From Chitinophagaceae bacterium (lineage in GTDB: Bacteria; Bacteroidota; Bacteroidia; Chitinophagales; Chitinophagaceae): 64,000 nucleotides of DNA. Positions within the stretch are counted from its first letter, which is position 1. Each line of letters starts with the position of its first letter. The notes below the pieces were generated by a model. That model was not told the origin of the DNA and searched no databases. It worked only from the letters and a program-made list of their open reading frames with translations. The translations under genes were made by a program, and so were the position numbers. Location: positions 12,594 to 76,593 of the forward strand of contig JBDHYJ010000008.1 of the NCBI GenBank assembly GCA_039811345.1. The letters are read 5' to 3'. Positions 29,608-39,896 of the stretch are shown in pieces.

Positions 29608-30897
29608 ATGACACAGAAGACTAATAAACTCTTATTAATTTCAATCTTAGCCATTACTATTTCTTCGGTAAACCAATGGTCTGATCTGCCTATTGGTAAT
29701 ACTTTCTTTTGGTGGATAATAAACAGTATAATAATTTTTAGTTTCTTCAGGTCCAAAAACAAATACTACGATCATTCAAATGATAGTAATATCACAACTT
29801 TAAAATGGTATATTTTCTGGAATCTGATATGTATAATCAGGGGATGTTTTGTGGCTGATAATTACTGGGAATGGAAGAATCTAATAGGCACTTCGTTGGT
29901 AATGATGCTCCCTTTGTCTATTTATGTTTCTACCAATCCGAATCTGGTTCAGAATATAACATCATTCTGGCTTAAATACGCATTACCCTTATTTGTATTG
30001 ATGTTCCCTTTCTTACAGGGCGAAGCCATTGGTCGTTACTTAATCCCGGTAAGTTTTATCCTTTTATTCCTCCCTTGTTTTACTACAAAATGGAAAATAT
30101 TTCTCTTGTTAATTGCATTATTTGTAATAACCAGTTACTTAGGAGCAAGGAGTAATATTATAAAATTTGGGGTGACAATTTTAATAGGTTTATTATATTA
30201 TTTTAGAAAATTGATTTCTGTAAAACTTATTAATTTCTTTAGACTCATTTTACTTCTTCTGCCATTTATTGCTGTTATGTTAGCCGTTGCAAATGTTTTC
30301 AATATTTTTCAAATAGGAGACTATTTATCGGGAGATTATTCTACAACAACAACTGTGAATGGACAATCGGATGACGAGAATTTAATAGTTGATACCCGTA
30401 CATTTCTATATTTAGATGTAATTAATTCAGCTCAGAAATACAATTATTCTTGGTTTGGACGTACTCCAGCGCGCGGTAACGAATCTTCTTTTTTTGAATT
30501 TTCTGTAGCAAATGATAATACTTACCCAAGTAATGAAAGATACAGCAATGAAGTATCTATCCTTAATATATTTACCTGGACCGGGCTTGTTGGAGTCATT
30601 CTCTATTTTTTTGTATTTTTTCATAGTAGCTACCTGGCAATTAAAAAATCAAAAAATAATTTCATGCCCCTTATTGGTTTATATGTTGCATTTAGGTGGT
30701 GTTACGCATGGGTAGAAGATTTTAACAGAATTGATTTATCAAATTTATACTTGTGGATTACTATTGGTATATGCTATTCTAAAGCATTTCGAGAAAAAAC
30801 AGATCAGGAAATAAAAAACTGGGCAAATGGAATTGTAAATTTTAGTGCCCGAAAATTATACCTAAAGCAAAACAAAATTGCTACTGGAAATGGATAA
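29608..30897 (+). CDS. Wzy-like polysaccharide polymerase / O-antigen-ligase-like membrane protein
   Basis: 429 aa with at least 9 hydrophobic segments and one large polar loop. It sits in a locus that also has wzx and wzc. Confidence 0.5.
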   Translation: MTQKTNKLLLISILAITISSVNQWSDLPIGNTFFWWIINSIIIFSFFRSKNKYYDHSNDSNITTLKWYIFWNLICIIRGCFVADNYWEWKNLIGTSLVMMLPLSIYVSTNPNLVQNITSFWLKYALPLFVLMFPFLQGEAIGRYLIPVSFILLFLPCFTTKWKIFLLLIALFVITSYLGARSNIIKFGVTILIGLLYYFRKLISVKLINFFRLILLLLPFIAVMLAVANVFNIFQIGDYLSGDYSTTTTVNGQSDDENLIVDTRTFLYLDVINSAQKYNYSWFGRTPARGNESSFFEFSVANDNTYPSNERYSNEVSILNIFTWTGLVGVILYFFVFFHSSYLAIKKSKNNFMPLIGLYVAFRWCYAWVEDFNRIDLSNLYLWITIGICYSKAFREKTDQEIKNWANGIVNFSARKLYLKQNKIATGNG

Positions 30898-31732
30898 AAT
30901 CTCTCAAAGTAACATAGCCATTCTCCTAACCTGCTATAATCGTCGTGATAAGACGATTCAATGTCTGAAAAACTTATTCTCTCAGGCAGGCATAAAAGAG
31001 AAATTTACAATTGAAGTTTTTTTAGTTGATGACGGCTCCTCAGACGGGACTTCAGAAGCAATCAGAAAACATTTTCCTCAAGTTCAAATATTCCCAGGCA
31101 ACGGATCACTATACTGGAATCGTGGCATGCACCTGGCATGGCAAAAAGCAAAGGAGTCGTCAGATTTCGATTATTACTTATGGCTCAATGATGATACAGA
31201 TCTTATGCCTGATGCTCTTTTGGAATTACTGGATTGTGTAACAATCAAAAAGGATGAGGCAATAATTTGCGGAGCCATATGTTCAAAGCAAACAAAGTTA
31301 TTTACTTATGGGGGGCGTACTGAAGATGGCAAAGAAATATTGCCCGACAATTCTATACCCTCATGCCACGTTATTAATGGAAATTGTGTGTTGGTAAGCA
31401 GGAAAATTTGTAATTCTATCGGAATTCTGGATCCTGTTTTTCCGCATGCGCTTGGTGATTTTGAATATGGTTTAAGAGCTGCCCATAATGGATTTGGTGT
31501 AGTAACTACAAGGAAATTTGTTGGATATTGTGAAAGAGGAACTACCCCACAACAGTGGTGCAACAGTAGTGTGCCTTTGACCCGCAGGGTTAAAGCGCTA
31601 TATTCACCAATGGCATATTGTCATCCGGTCTATTTCTTCAGATTTGAAAAAAAATATTATGGGTTGACAAAAGCCTTAAAGCATTATTTAAGCATTCATC
31701 TAAGGCTCCTGCTGCCTTCATTATGGAAATAA
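30890..31732 (+). CDS. Glycosyltransferase family 2
   Basis: Motifs ILLTCYNRRDKT ... VDDGSSDGT ... LWLNDDT. The ATG at 30890 overlaps the wzy stop (ATGGATAA). Confidence 0.8.
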   Translation: MDKISQSNIAILLTCYNRRDKTIQCLKNLFSQAGIKEKFTIEVFLVDDGSSDGTSEAIRKHFPQVQIFPGNGSLYWNRGMHLAWQKAKESSDFDYYLWLNDDTDLMPDALLELLDCVTIKKDEAIICGAICSKQTKLFTYGGRTEDGKEILPDNSIPSCHVINGNCVLVSRKICNSIGILDPVFPHALGDFEYGLRAAHNGFGVVTTRKFVGYCERGTTPQQWCNSSVPLTRRVKALYSPMAYCHPVYFFRFEKKYYGLTKALKHYLSIHLRLLLPSLWK

Positions 31733-31735
31733 TTC

Positions 31736-32950
31736 ATGAAAAAATTATTACTCTCGGCATTTGCATGCGATCCCACTAAAGGCTCTGAACCCGGTTATGG
31801 CTGGAACTGGGCTGTTGGGCTGGCCAACAAAGGTTACGAAGTGCATTGCCTGACGCGGGATGTTGCAAAAAAAAATATTGAAGCCGGTGAAAAACCTGAA
31901 CATTTGTATTTCCATTATGTAAGACTACCGTTTAATCTGGAAAAATTATACACGGCCTCACAGCCAACAATGTACCTGTATTATATACTATGGCAGTGGA
32001 AGGCCTATAAAACAGCGTTACGATTACATCAACAAACCGCTTTTGATCTTGCACATCATGTTACCTGGGGCAGCCTGCAAATGGGTTCTTTTTTGTATAA
32101 ACTCGGTATACCGTTTATTTTCGGGCCCGCGGGCGGAGGACAGAATGCCCCGGAACCTTTTAAAAAATATTTCGGACAATACTGGCAGGCGGAAAAACGA
32201 AGGGAGACGGTAACAAAATGGATGTTAAGGTTCAACCCGGCCTTCAAACAAATGCTTAAGAAAGCAACTGCTGTATTGGTTGCCAATACCGAAACTCTTG
32301 ACATGGCCAAAAAAAGCAAGGTTGTCAACGCCAGGCTAGTTACAGATGTGGCATTACCGGAGTCTTTTTATCCTGGGCAAATGATATCAAAGTCACCAAC
32401 GCCTGACCGGTTAAAGCTTTTATGGACCGGAAGATTTATGCCAAGAAAGGGTGTATTACTTTTGCTTGATGTAATGCGTGAGTTGAAAGCATATCCCGGT
32501 ATTACTCTAACTGTGGTCGGCGATGGGGAAATGAAACAATCGTTTTTAAATACAATAAAAGAATATGGACTGGATAACACTGTATGCTGGAAAGGAAGGG
32601 TGCCTTATGATGAAATAAGGCAATACTATGCAAACCATGATGTTTTCTTTTATACATCACTGAGAGATTCAGGTTCACTGCAATTGGTAGAAGCTATGGC
32701 ATTCGGGTTGCCGGTAGTATGCCTGCACTTACATGGCCAGGCACAGATTGTGAATGACGAAACAGGTATACGCTGCAAATGCGATACCCCTGCAATGGCT
32801 ATTGAAAATCTGAAGAATGCTATTATTAATTTATACAATCATCCTGATAAAGTAAAGAACATGAGCTTAGCAGCTTATAATTTTGCCCTCGGATTAAAGT
32901 GGCAAAATAAAATCGGGACAATTGTAGATCACTATTACCCTCAAAAATGA
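31736..32950 (+). CDS. Glycosyltransferase family 4 (GT-B fold)
   Basis: 404 aa. The C-terminal half has the EX7E-like region (SLQLVEAMAFGLPVV). Confidence 0.8.
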   Translation: MKKLLLSAFACDPTKGSEPGYGWNWAVGLANKGYEVHCLTRDVAKKNIEAGEKPEHLYFHYVRLPFNLEKLYTASQPTMYLYYILWQWKAYKTALRLHQQTAFDLAHHVTWGSLQMGSFLYKLGIPFIFGPAGGGQNAPEPFKKYFGQYWQAEKRRETVTKWMLRFNPAFKQMLKKATAVLVANTETLDMAKKSKVVNARLVTDVALPESFYPGQMISKSPTPDRLKLLWTGRFMPRKGVLLLLDVMRELKAYPGITLTVVGDGEMKQSFLNTIKEYGLDNTVCWKGRVPYDEIRQYYANHDVFFYTSLRDSGSLQLVEAMAFGLPVVCLHLHGQAQIVNDETGIRCKCDTPAMAIENLKNAIINLYNHPDKVKNMSLAAYNFALGLKWQNKIGTIVDHYYPQK

Positions 32951-33867
32951 ATACGGCACCAATACTATTATTTACTTATAAAAGACTTGCTACACTCAAG
33001 CAGACAGTTGCCGCTTTAGCGGAAAACTATTTGGCGGAATCTTCTGACCTGTTTATCTTTTCAGATGCTGCCAGGAAAGAGGAAGATAAAGCTATTGTAG
33101 AAGATGTTCGGTCTTACCTTAAAACCATTACCGGTTTCCGCTCTGTACAAATCATTGAACGGGAAACCAATTTCGGACTGGCCAAATCAATTATTTCAGG
33201 AACTTCATGGGTGTTTTCAACACATGATAAAGTTATAGTACTGGAAGATGATCTGATCACAACACCAAATTTTCTGACTTTTATGAATGCCGCACTTGAA
33301 AGATACAAAGCAGAAACAGGCGTATTCAGTATATCAGGTTATTCATTTAACCTAAAGACACCCCAGACAAAATATGACTATGACGCTTATTTTTTAAACA
33401 GAGGCTGGTCGTGGGGATGGGCTACCTGGAAAAACCGCTGGAAAGATGTAGACTGGGAAGTGAGCAGCTATGCTTCTTTCGAAAAAAATAAATCGCTCCG
33501 CAAGGCCTTTTCAGAAGGAGGATCGGACCTAAACAAAATGCTGCGGGAGCAAATGCAGGGACGAATTGATTCCTGGGCCATACGCTGGTTTTATCACCAG
33601 TTCCGCATAGGCGGGCTTACCCTTTATCCGGTGTATTCCAAAGTGAATAATGCAGGCTTTGACGAATTTGCCACCCACACTACCGGATCACAAAAAAGAT
33701 ATATACCGGATATTGATCTTGAAGCTAAAACGTCTTTTCATTTTCCGGAACAGGTTTCAATAACGACAACGTTCCAGGCGTTATTCAAAAAAAGAATGGG
33801 GCTGGCAGCAAGGATAAAGTCGAAATTGCAAACCATATTATTGAAAGTCTTTAAGACAGGAAGGTGA
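32947..33867 (+). CDS. GT-A-fold glycosyltransferase (GT2/GnT-I-like)
   Basis: 306 aa. Motifs [16 protein letters not shown] ... IFSDAARKE ... VIVLEDDL (DxD-like). Confidence 0.55.
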   Translation: MNTAPILLFTYKRLATLKQTVAALAENYLAESSDLFIFSDAARKEEDKAIVEDVRSYLKTITGFRSVQIIERETNFGLAKSIISGTSWVFSTHDKVIVLEDDLITTPNFLTFMNAALERYKAETGVFSISGYSFNLKTPQTKYDYDAYFLNRGWSWGWATWKNRWKDVDWEVSSYASFEKNKSLRKAFSEGGSDLNKMLREQMQGRIDSWAIRWFYHQFRIGGLTLYPVYSKVNNAGFDEFATHTTGSQKRYIPDIDLEAKTSFHFPEQVSITTTFQALFKKRMGLAARIKSKLQTILLKVFKTGR

Positions 33868-34421
33868 TAAAATTATTTAAGAAGTTCAGAGATTATTATC
33901 TTGTTGCCGTAAAGTGGCGCAAATATGAAATTGCATCCGGATTTCATGCAGGAGCAAGAGTAAGGCTATGGGCAAAGCACACTATTAAAATCGGAAGGGA
34001 TTTTTATATAGGCAGAGATTCACAGATAGAGACAGACTGTATTATAGGTGATTATGTAATTTTTGGCAACAAGGTGGCATTAGTAGGCAGGTATGATCAT
34101 AACTATCAGCAGATAGGGATGCCTGTAAGACATGCCATGGAAATCAGGGATAAAGAATATAACTGGAAAGGATTGGAGAGTGAGCCCGTACGTATAGGGG
34201 ATGATGTTTGGGTAGGGTACGGAGCAATTATATTGAGCGGAGTGCAAATAGGCGATGGAGCAATCATTGCTGCAGGATCGCTGGTTGTTAAAGACGTAGA
34301 ACCTTACAGCATATATGGGGGAGTGCCTGCAAAAAAAATTAAAGACCGGTTTGAAACCGCAGCAGATAAAGCTGAACATATTCGGATATTAACTGAAGAA
34401 ACCAACAAAAAGAAGCGCTAA
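33864..34421 (+). CDS. Hexapeptide-repeat acyltransferase, the third in the locus
   Basis: Hexapeptide repeats ([49 protein letters not shown]). The GTG start overlaps the upstream stop. Confidence 0.8.
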   Translation: MIKLFKKFRDYYLVAVKWRKYEIASGFHAGARVRLWAKHTIKIGRDFYIGRDSQIETDCIIGDYVIFGNKVALVGRYDHNYQQIGMPVRHAMEIRDKEYNWKGLESEPVRIGDDVWVGYGAIILSGVQIGDGAIIAAGSLVVKDVEPYSIYGGVPAKKIKDRFETAADKAEHIRILTEETNKKKR

Positions 34422-34454
34422 CCAACCTTAGCATAATAAAATTATTTAATCAGC

Positions 34455-35723
34455 ATGCAGGACCCTGGAATAATCAAGGTTGGTCAATCAGAAAAATTCC
34501 CGTATTTACTGGCAGCAGTATCATTAGGGCTCCCTTTTGTCTTAGTGTATTTCTATACAAAAGGAATGACCCAGGGACTGGATACAATATTTTTTTTTGA
34601 TGAAGCTGAATATCATTATCCCGTAATTCTGCAGTTTGCAAAACAACTGCCATTCCCCGATATTAGCAATTACAACTCCGCTACCACACCGCTCTTTCAT
34701 CTTTTATTTGCAGCGTTCAGCAAAATTTTCGGAGAAGATATACAGCATCTCCGGATGTTTAATTTTCTAATAACTTTTCTTTCTGTTTTGTTGTTATTTA
34801 GATTATTAACAAGGCAGTTTAATCTCCCCTATACTTCTGCGCTTATATCTGCTTCGCTTTTTGCACTGTCGCCCTATTTTTTCAGGGAAGCGTTTGTAGT
34901 GATGACAGATAACCTGCCGGTACTTTGGCTTTTGCTGTTTTTTCAATTCTATTTAAAATTCAAAGACGATGGGGTATTTACAAACTATCTGTACAGTTTG
35001 TTTTTTATAATGCTCCTGGGCCTAACCCGACAAACATACCTGTATATTTTATTTCCTGTAGGTGCAGATCTGCTTATGAATAAAGCGTTGAAACTGCCAC
35101 GTTGGACCTATATGCTTTTGTTGTCAGCAGCAGCCGTCCCAACCCTTTCACTTTTTATTATCTGGAAGGGATTAACCCCCCCGCAGTTCCAGGAAAGACA
35201 TACAGAAGAAACCCTGCTGAATATTAAACCGATACTATATGGAATAGCTGTAGTGGGGTTCTATGCACTCTTTATTGCCGGTGATAAACTATACCGTTCT
35301 TTTTTAAGTTTAAATAAAACAAAAGTTATCGTAGCAGTGCTGATAAGTTGGGCGCTGCTTTTCTTTTTCCCGCTTACCAAAGCAAAGCACGATTTTGGGT
35401 ATTTATGGTATATTGCAGATGAGCTCCCCTCCATACATAGCACACCTGTTTTCTTTTATATCCTGGTAAGTATAGGAGTTTGTGTATTTATGAGTATCTG
35501 GCAATTGGAAAAGCCGCCTTTTTTTCTTTTGTTTTTCATTGGTTTATTTTTGTCTGAAGTTCCAAATAAGTATTTTTTTCAAAGATATTACGACAGCAGT
35601 ATTCTGATTTTACTGCTTTTCCTGGATGCGAAGTATGATCAACCTGACAGGTTTCAGATCATCCGTAAAGCATTACTTACGATACTTTTTATTTTATATT
35701 TTATAGTGTTTATTATTAAGTGA
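34455..35723 (+). CDS. Polytopic membrane protein, GT-C-fold-like (ArnT/PMT_2-like) glycosyltransferase candidate
   Basis: 422 aa with at least 10 hydrophobic segments. There is an acidic FFFDEAEYHYP motif after TM1, where GT-C enzymes carry their DE/DxD motif. Confidence 0.45.
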   Translation: MQDPGIIKVGQSEKFPYLLAAVSLGLPFVLVYFYTKGMTQGLDTIFFFDEAEYHYPVILQFAKQLPFPDISNYNSATTPLFHLLFAAFSKIFGEDIQHLRMFNFLITFLSVLLLFRLLTRQFNLPYTSALISASLFALSPYFFREAFVVMTDNLPVLWLLLFFQFYLKFKDDGVFTNYLYSLFFIMLLGLTRQTYLYILFPVGADLLMNKALKLPRWTYMLLLSAAAVPTLSLFIIWKGLTPPQFQERHTEETLLNIKPILYGIAVVGFYALFIAGDKLYRSFLSLNKTKVIVAVLISWALLFFFPLTKAKHDFGYLWYIADELPSIHSTPVFFYILVSIGVCVFMSIWQLEKPPFFLLFFIGLFLSEVPNKYFFQRYYDSSILILLLFLDAKYDQPDRFQIIRKALLTILFILYFIVFIIK

Positions 35724-36511
35724 AAATACAAATACTCTCATTACCGGTTACTACAGGGAAGTATGCAAAAGTAGTTGACGATATTTCCACGCTGGCTCAT
35801 CAGTCCAGGGGGTCATATATATGTGTGGCCAATGTACACATGCTTGTTGAAGCATACAAAGATTCAGGTTTTAAAACCATCGTTGACGGAGCTGATATAG
35901 TAACTCCCGATGGAATGCCTCTTGTGTGGGCAATGAAACTTTTATACGGTATAAAACAGGATCGTATCGCGGGTATGGATATACTACCAGCACTTCTTGA
36001 AAAGGCGGAAAAAACCAGGCTGCCGGTTTATTTTTATGGAGGTACTCCCGAAATGTTGCAATCAACACAAAGTTATCTTCAATCACAATACCCCGACCTG
36101 ATACTTGCAGGATCATATAGCCCGCCTTTCAGAAAATTATCTGCCGTTGAGGAGAATGATATTATTAAAACAATAAACACAAGTGGGGCACGTATGATTT
36201 TTGTAGTATTAGGATGCCCTAAACAGGAACGCTGGATGGCTGCTATGAAACCACATATAAATGCTTGCATGATTGGAATCGGCGGGGCGTTACCCGTAAT
36301 GGTTGGTCTGCAAAAAAGAGCACCGGTATGGATGCAAAAATCCGGACTGGAATGGTTGTATAGATTTTTTCAGGAACCGCGACGCCTTTTTAAAAGATAT
36401 GTTACAACCAATAGTATTTTTATCTGGCTTTTATTAAAAAAATGGGCACAGCAGGGATTCTCACCCAAACCTGTTCCAAAGCCGGGTAAAGAGAATTCCT
36501 GTATTGGTTGA
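35720..36511 (+). CDS. WecB/TagA/CpsF family glycosyltransferase (GT26)
   Basis: 263 aa. Motifs VANVHMLVEA, TPDGMPLVWA and GCPKQERWM. Confidence 0.85.
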   Translation: MKIQILSLPVTTGKYAKVVDDISTLAHQSRGSYICVANVHMLVEAYKDSGFKTIVDGADIVTPDGMPLVWAMKLLYGIKQDRIAGMDILPALLEKAEKTRLPVYFYGGTPEMLQSTQSYLQSQYPDLILAGSYSPPFRKLSAVEENDIIKTINTSGARMIFVVLGCPKQERWMAAMKPHINACMIGIGGALPVMVGLQKRAPVWMQKSGLEWLYRFFQEPRRLFKRYVTTNSIFIWLLLKKWAQQGFSPKPVPKPGKENSCIG

Positions 36512-36591
36512 CAGGTTTCTTTTATTATCGGATAATATTTTTATTCAAATTCGTTTTATTAACAGGTTTTATTCGGGAAAATGAAGTTGAC

Positions 36592-37983
36592 ATGAATAAA
36601 CATCTTTCTAATCTCATAAGAATAGTATTTCTGCTGCTTGATTTATTAGCGCTGAATACAGTTTATTTCAGTTGCAAATTTTTCTTCAGGGACTATATTG
36701 CTCCTGATTTATTAATTCAATACACCTATTTGTGGATGGCCTGTAATATTACCTGGCTTGTCGTAAGCTGGGGTAATAATACTTATCGTAATTCGGATAT
36801 TTTTTCCTTTGAAAAATTTTCGAAAAACACAATGCATGCTTATGGATACTTTTTAGGGATTGTTACCCTTTATCTGTTTATGTATAAGCAGTTTGATGTT
36901 TCGCGTATTTTCTTTGTTTGTGTGCTGGTATCTTTCGGTTTGGGATTAATGACAAACAGGATAATCCATCTCGGGCTTTATCACTATTTTAGAAACAAAG
37001 CCTATATAACCCGAAAAGTAGTAATTATCGGGTACAACCAACGGGCACAAAGACTGGCAGATTATCTTGAGCAACAACCTATCAATACCGAAATTTTAGG
37101 TTTTTGTGAGGATGAAAGTAATGTGCATGAACTTACACACTATCCTATTATCACCGACAGGAAAAATATCATTGCAATATCTCTGAAAGAGCAGGTTACA
37201 GAAATTTTTTCTACTATCTCACCGGAAGAAGATAAATACATCTATACCCTGATGAACCAGGCAGACCAGGCCTGTATAAGATTCAGAATATTACCCAACC
37301 TCGACCATTTTATAAGAAGACCGGTACATATAGAATATATAGAAGATATGCCTGTTTTATCACCCAGGAATGAACCCCTGGAAGATGTTGGTAACAGGAT
37401 AAAGAAAAGGTTCTTTGACCTTGCGGTAAGCAGTTTTGCCATTATCTTCATTTTATCCTGGCTGGTACCACTTATCGCTATATTGATTAAACTGGAGTCC
37501 CGTGGACCGGTATTTTTTGTGCAAAAACGTAATGGAAAGGATGGCAAACCCTTTAACTGCCTGAAGTTCCGTAGTATGCGGGTTAGTGCCGACGCTGATG
37601 CCAGACAAGCCACCAAAGGAGACGAAAGGATTACACAGTTAGGACGATTTATGCGTAAGACGAGTATTGATGAGTTGCCCCAGTTCTTTAATGTATTGAT
37701 GAGCGATATGAGTGTTGTGGGACCCAGGCCACACATGCTTAAACATACACAAGACTATTCAAGGCTTATTAACCAGTTTATGATCCGCCATTTTTTAAAA
37801 CCCGGAATTACCGGTTGGGCCCAGGTAAATGGTTTCAGGGGCGAAACAAAAACTATTGAAGATATGGCCAACAGGGTAACTTACGATATCTGGTATCTTG
37901 AAAACTGGAGCCTGTGGCTGGATGCCCGAATCGTATTTATGACCGTTTTCAATATATTCAGAGGAGAGAAAAACGCATTTTAG
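36592..37983 (+). CDS. Polyprenyl-phosphate hexose-1-phosphate transferase (WbaP/WcaJ-type priming enzyme)
   Basis: N-terminal TM bundle plus a C-terminal bacterial sugar transferase domain (KRFFDL ... KFRSM ... DELPQFFNVLMSDMSVVGPRP). The ATG at 36592 is preferred over the TTG at 36508. Confidence 0.9.
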   Translation: MNKHLSNLIRIVFLLLDLLALNTVYFSCKFFFRDYIAPDLLIQYTYLWMACNITWLVVSWGNNTYRNSDIFSFEKFSKNTMHAYGYFLGIVTLYLFMYKQFDVSRIFFVCVLVSFGLGLMTNRIIHLGLYHYFRNKAYITRKVVIIGYNQRAQRLADYLEQQPINTEILGFCEDESNVHELTHYPIITDRKNIIAISLKEQVTEIFSTISPEEDKYIYTLMNQADQACIRFRILPNLDHFIRRPVHIEYIEDMPVLSPRNEPLEDVGNRIKKRFFDLAVSSFAIIFILSWLVPLIAILIKLESRGPVFFVQKRNGKDGKPFNCLKFRSMRVSADADARQATKGDERITQLGRFMRKTSIDELPQFFNVLMSDMSVVGPRPHMLKHTQDYSRLINQFMIRHFLKPGITGWAQVNGFRGETKTIEDMANRVTYDIWYLENWSLWLDARIVFMTVFNIFRGEKNAF

Positions 37984-38140
37984 CCTGAATAAAATGAACT
38001 AATTTGTTTAAAGGGTTCACTCCGTTTCAAAAAAAATTTGAACTTATCCCTAAAAAACTTTATCACACCAGTATTTCTGGTTTATTTTTTGCTACTTTTA
38101 AATTACCAATTGCTATTGAGTAAGCCAAAATGGGTAATTC

Positions 38141-38665
38141 ATGACCACGCAGCAAAGAATAGATAGTACACTTGAAGTATATTTTACTGATATCTTTAAA
38201 AAACATGAATACAGGTTATATACCCTTGTTTCTCACCTCACCAAGTCTGATCAATATGCAAAGGATGTAATCCAGGATGTCTTCCTAAAACTATGGGTAC
38301 AGAGGTCTAACCTCCATACTATAGATAATATTGAAATGTGGCTATATAAACTTACCGAAAGCCGGATAATTGATTTCCTGAAAAAAACCGCTTCTGAACG
38401 CAGGCTGCGGGATGCCTTATGGATAAATATACACCACATTGAGGCAGATCTTGAAGAAACAGTTTCATTAAAAGAATATAACAAAATAATTGATAATGCC
38501 ATAAATCAGTTGCCGCCACAACGCAGAATGATTTACAGGCTCACTAAAGAAAACGGACTTAACTATAGCGAAATAACACGGCACTTAAAGGTTTCAAAAA
38601 AGACGATTAAAAATTATTTCCTGAAGTTTTCCAATTGTATGAAAAAAATAATGATTAAGGACTGA
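38141..38665 (+). CDS. ECF-type RNA polymerase sigma-70 factor
   Basis: 174 aa. Region 2 (DVIQDVFLKLW) and region 4 HTH (LNYSEITRHLKVSKKTIKNY). Confidence 0.85.
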   Translation: MTTQQRIDSTLEVYFTDIFKKHEYRLYTLVSHLTKSDQYAKDVIQDVFLKLWVQRSNLHTIDNIEMWLYKLTESRIIDFLKKTASERRLRDALWINIHHIEADLEETVSLKEYNKIIDNAINQLPPQRRMIYRLTKENGLNYSEITRHLKVSKKTIKNYFLKFSNCMKKIMIKD

Positions 38666-38733
38666 CCGCCTTTCATTCCGGATTTTCCCCCAATACTCCT
38701 ATATTCGTCTATAACAGGAAACTAACACTATTT

Positions 38734-39756
38734 GTGGAAGACAGAATAGAATACCTGCTTCGTCAATACGAAAAGAACAATTGTTCCCGTGAAGAACTGG
38801 AAGAGTTGTTTTCATATATTAACAGTCTTCGCAATAACGACCAGCCTTTAAAGAAGATGGTAAAACATATATATGAGGACATCAAGAAAAATCATCCTTC
38901 ATTTATATATGTGGATGAAGGCGGGAAACTCATATTGGCTGAACCGGAAGACACTCATTTCATCGCAGAAAAAAATACTATAGCAAAAGGAGCCCGGGGA
39001 AAACTACTCGCTGTTGTTGTTGTTTCATGCATTGCCGGTCTTGCATTTCTCGGATGGCTGATCAAAACTAATCTTTCGGATGATAGCTTTTTAAAAAAGC
39101 ATGTGAGCGGGGCACTGATTAAAAAATTTAGCAACCGTGGTGAGCAAACTTTTATATCCCTGTCGGACAGCAGTATGGTATGGCTTAATTCTGCAAGTTC
39201 CCTACAGTATTCAGACCATTTTTCAGAAGATAAAAAAGAAGAACTGATATTAAGCGGGGAAGGGCTTTTCAAAGTAAATGATACCCGTACAGGAGTTTTT
39301 TTAATCAGTACCGACAAAACTGTAATTACAGCTCTACCCGGAACAAGGGTTGATATAAAAAACTATCCTGATGAAAGAAACATAACATTGTCTGTTGCTG
39401 AAGGACTAATAAAAGTAAGCAGGGACGGAAAACTTTTTCCTACAGTTTCCGCAGGGCAAACAATGGCTATTAATAAAACAGACGGGCAGATAATACAGGG
39501 AAAGACAGACATAAATATGATTGCAGCCTGGCAACAGGGAAGATTGTTTTATAAGGAACAACGTCTTGTTGATATTATAAGAGATTTAGAACGGGTTTAC
39601 AATATTGGTATAACATTGACAAAGCATGAACTTGAAAATAAATTAATAAACGCCGCATTTAAAAGAGATATAGGACCTCAGGCAGCACTGGAAATGATTT
39701 GCAAAGTGACAGGATCTCAGTTGGATGTAGATGGCAGACGATACATAATATTGTAA
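38734..39756 (+). CDS. FecR-family anti-sigma factor (copy 1)
   Basis: 340 aa. Cytoplasmic N-terminus, a single TM (LLAVVVVSCIAGLAFLGWLI), and a periplasmic FecR domain with a DUF4974-like C-terminus. GTG start. Confidence 0.8.
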   Translation: MEDRIEYLLRQYEKNNCSREELEELFSYINSLRNNDQPLKKMVKHIYEDIKKNHPSFIYVDEGGKLILAEPEDTHFIAEKNTIAKGARGKLLAVVVVSCIAGLAFLGWLIKTNLSDDSFLKKHVSGALIKKFSNRGEQTFISLSDSSMVWLNSASSLQYSDHFSEDKKEELILSGEGLFKVNDTRTGVFLISTDKTVITALPGTRVDIKNYPDERNITLSVAEGLIKVSRDGKLFPTVSAGQTMAINKTDGQIIQGKTDINMIAAWQQGRLFYKEQRLVDIIRDLERVYNIGITLTKHELENKLINAAFKRDIGPQAALEMICKVTGSQLDVDGRRYIIL

Positions 39757-39772
39757 CCTATATGGATTTAAT

Positions 39773-39810
39773 AAAAAAAGGGGATCCCTTTCTTTGGGGT
39801 TCCTTTTTTT
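39773..39810 (+). terminator. Rho-independent terminator-like hairpin (A-tract / 12-bp stem with G.U pairs / T-tract)
   Basis: AAAGGGGATCCC-TTTCTTT-GGGGTTCCTTT followed by further Ts, 17 nt after the stop of FecR copy 1. Confidence 0.5.
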
Positions 39811-39896
39811 ATTAGAAAAATTTTTGAACCCTTTGGGGGTAAGCAGCAATTTTGATTGTCTTTTAAAAGACTGCCGCACTAAACGGTTGCTTGTGT

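Noticed and set aside
29358-29762. 134-aa minus-strand ORF spanning the acetyltransferase/wzy junction
   Set aside because: It is antisense to two well-supported, tightly packed operon genes.
37242-37736. 164-aa minus-strand ORF
   Set aside because: It is antisense to the conserved sugar-transferase domain of the priming enzyme.
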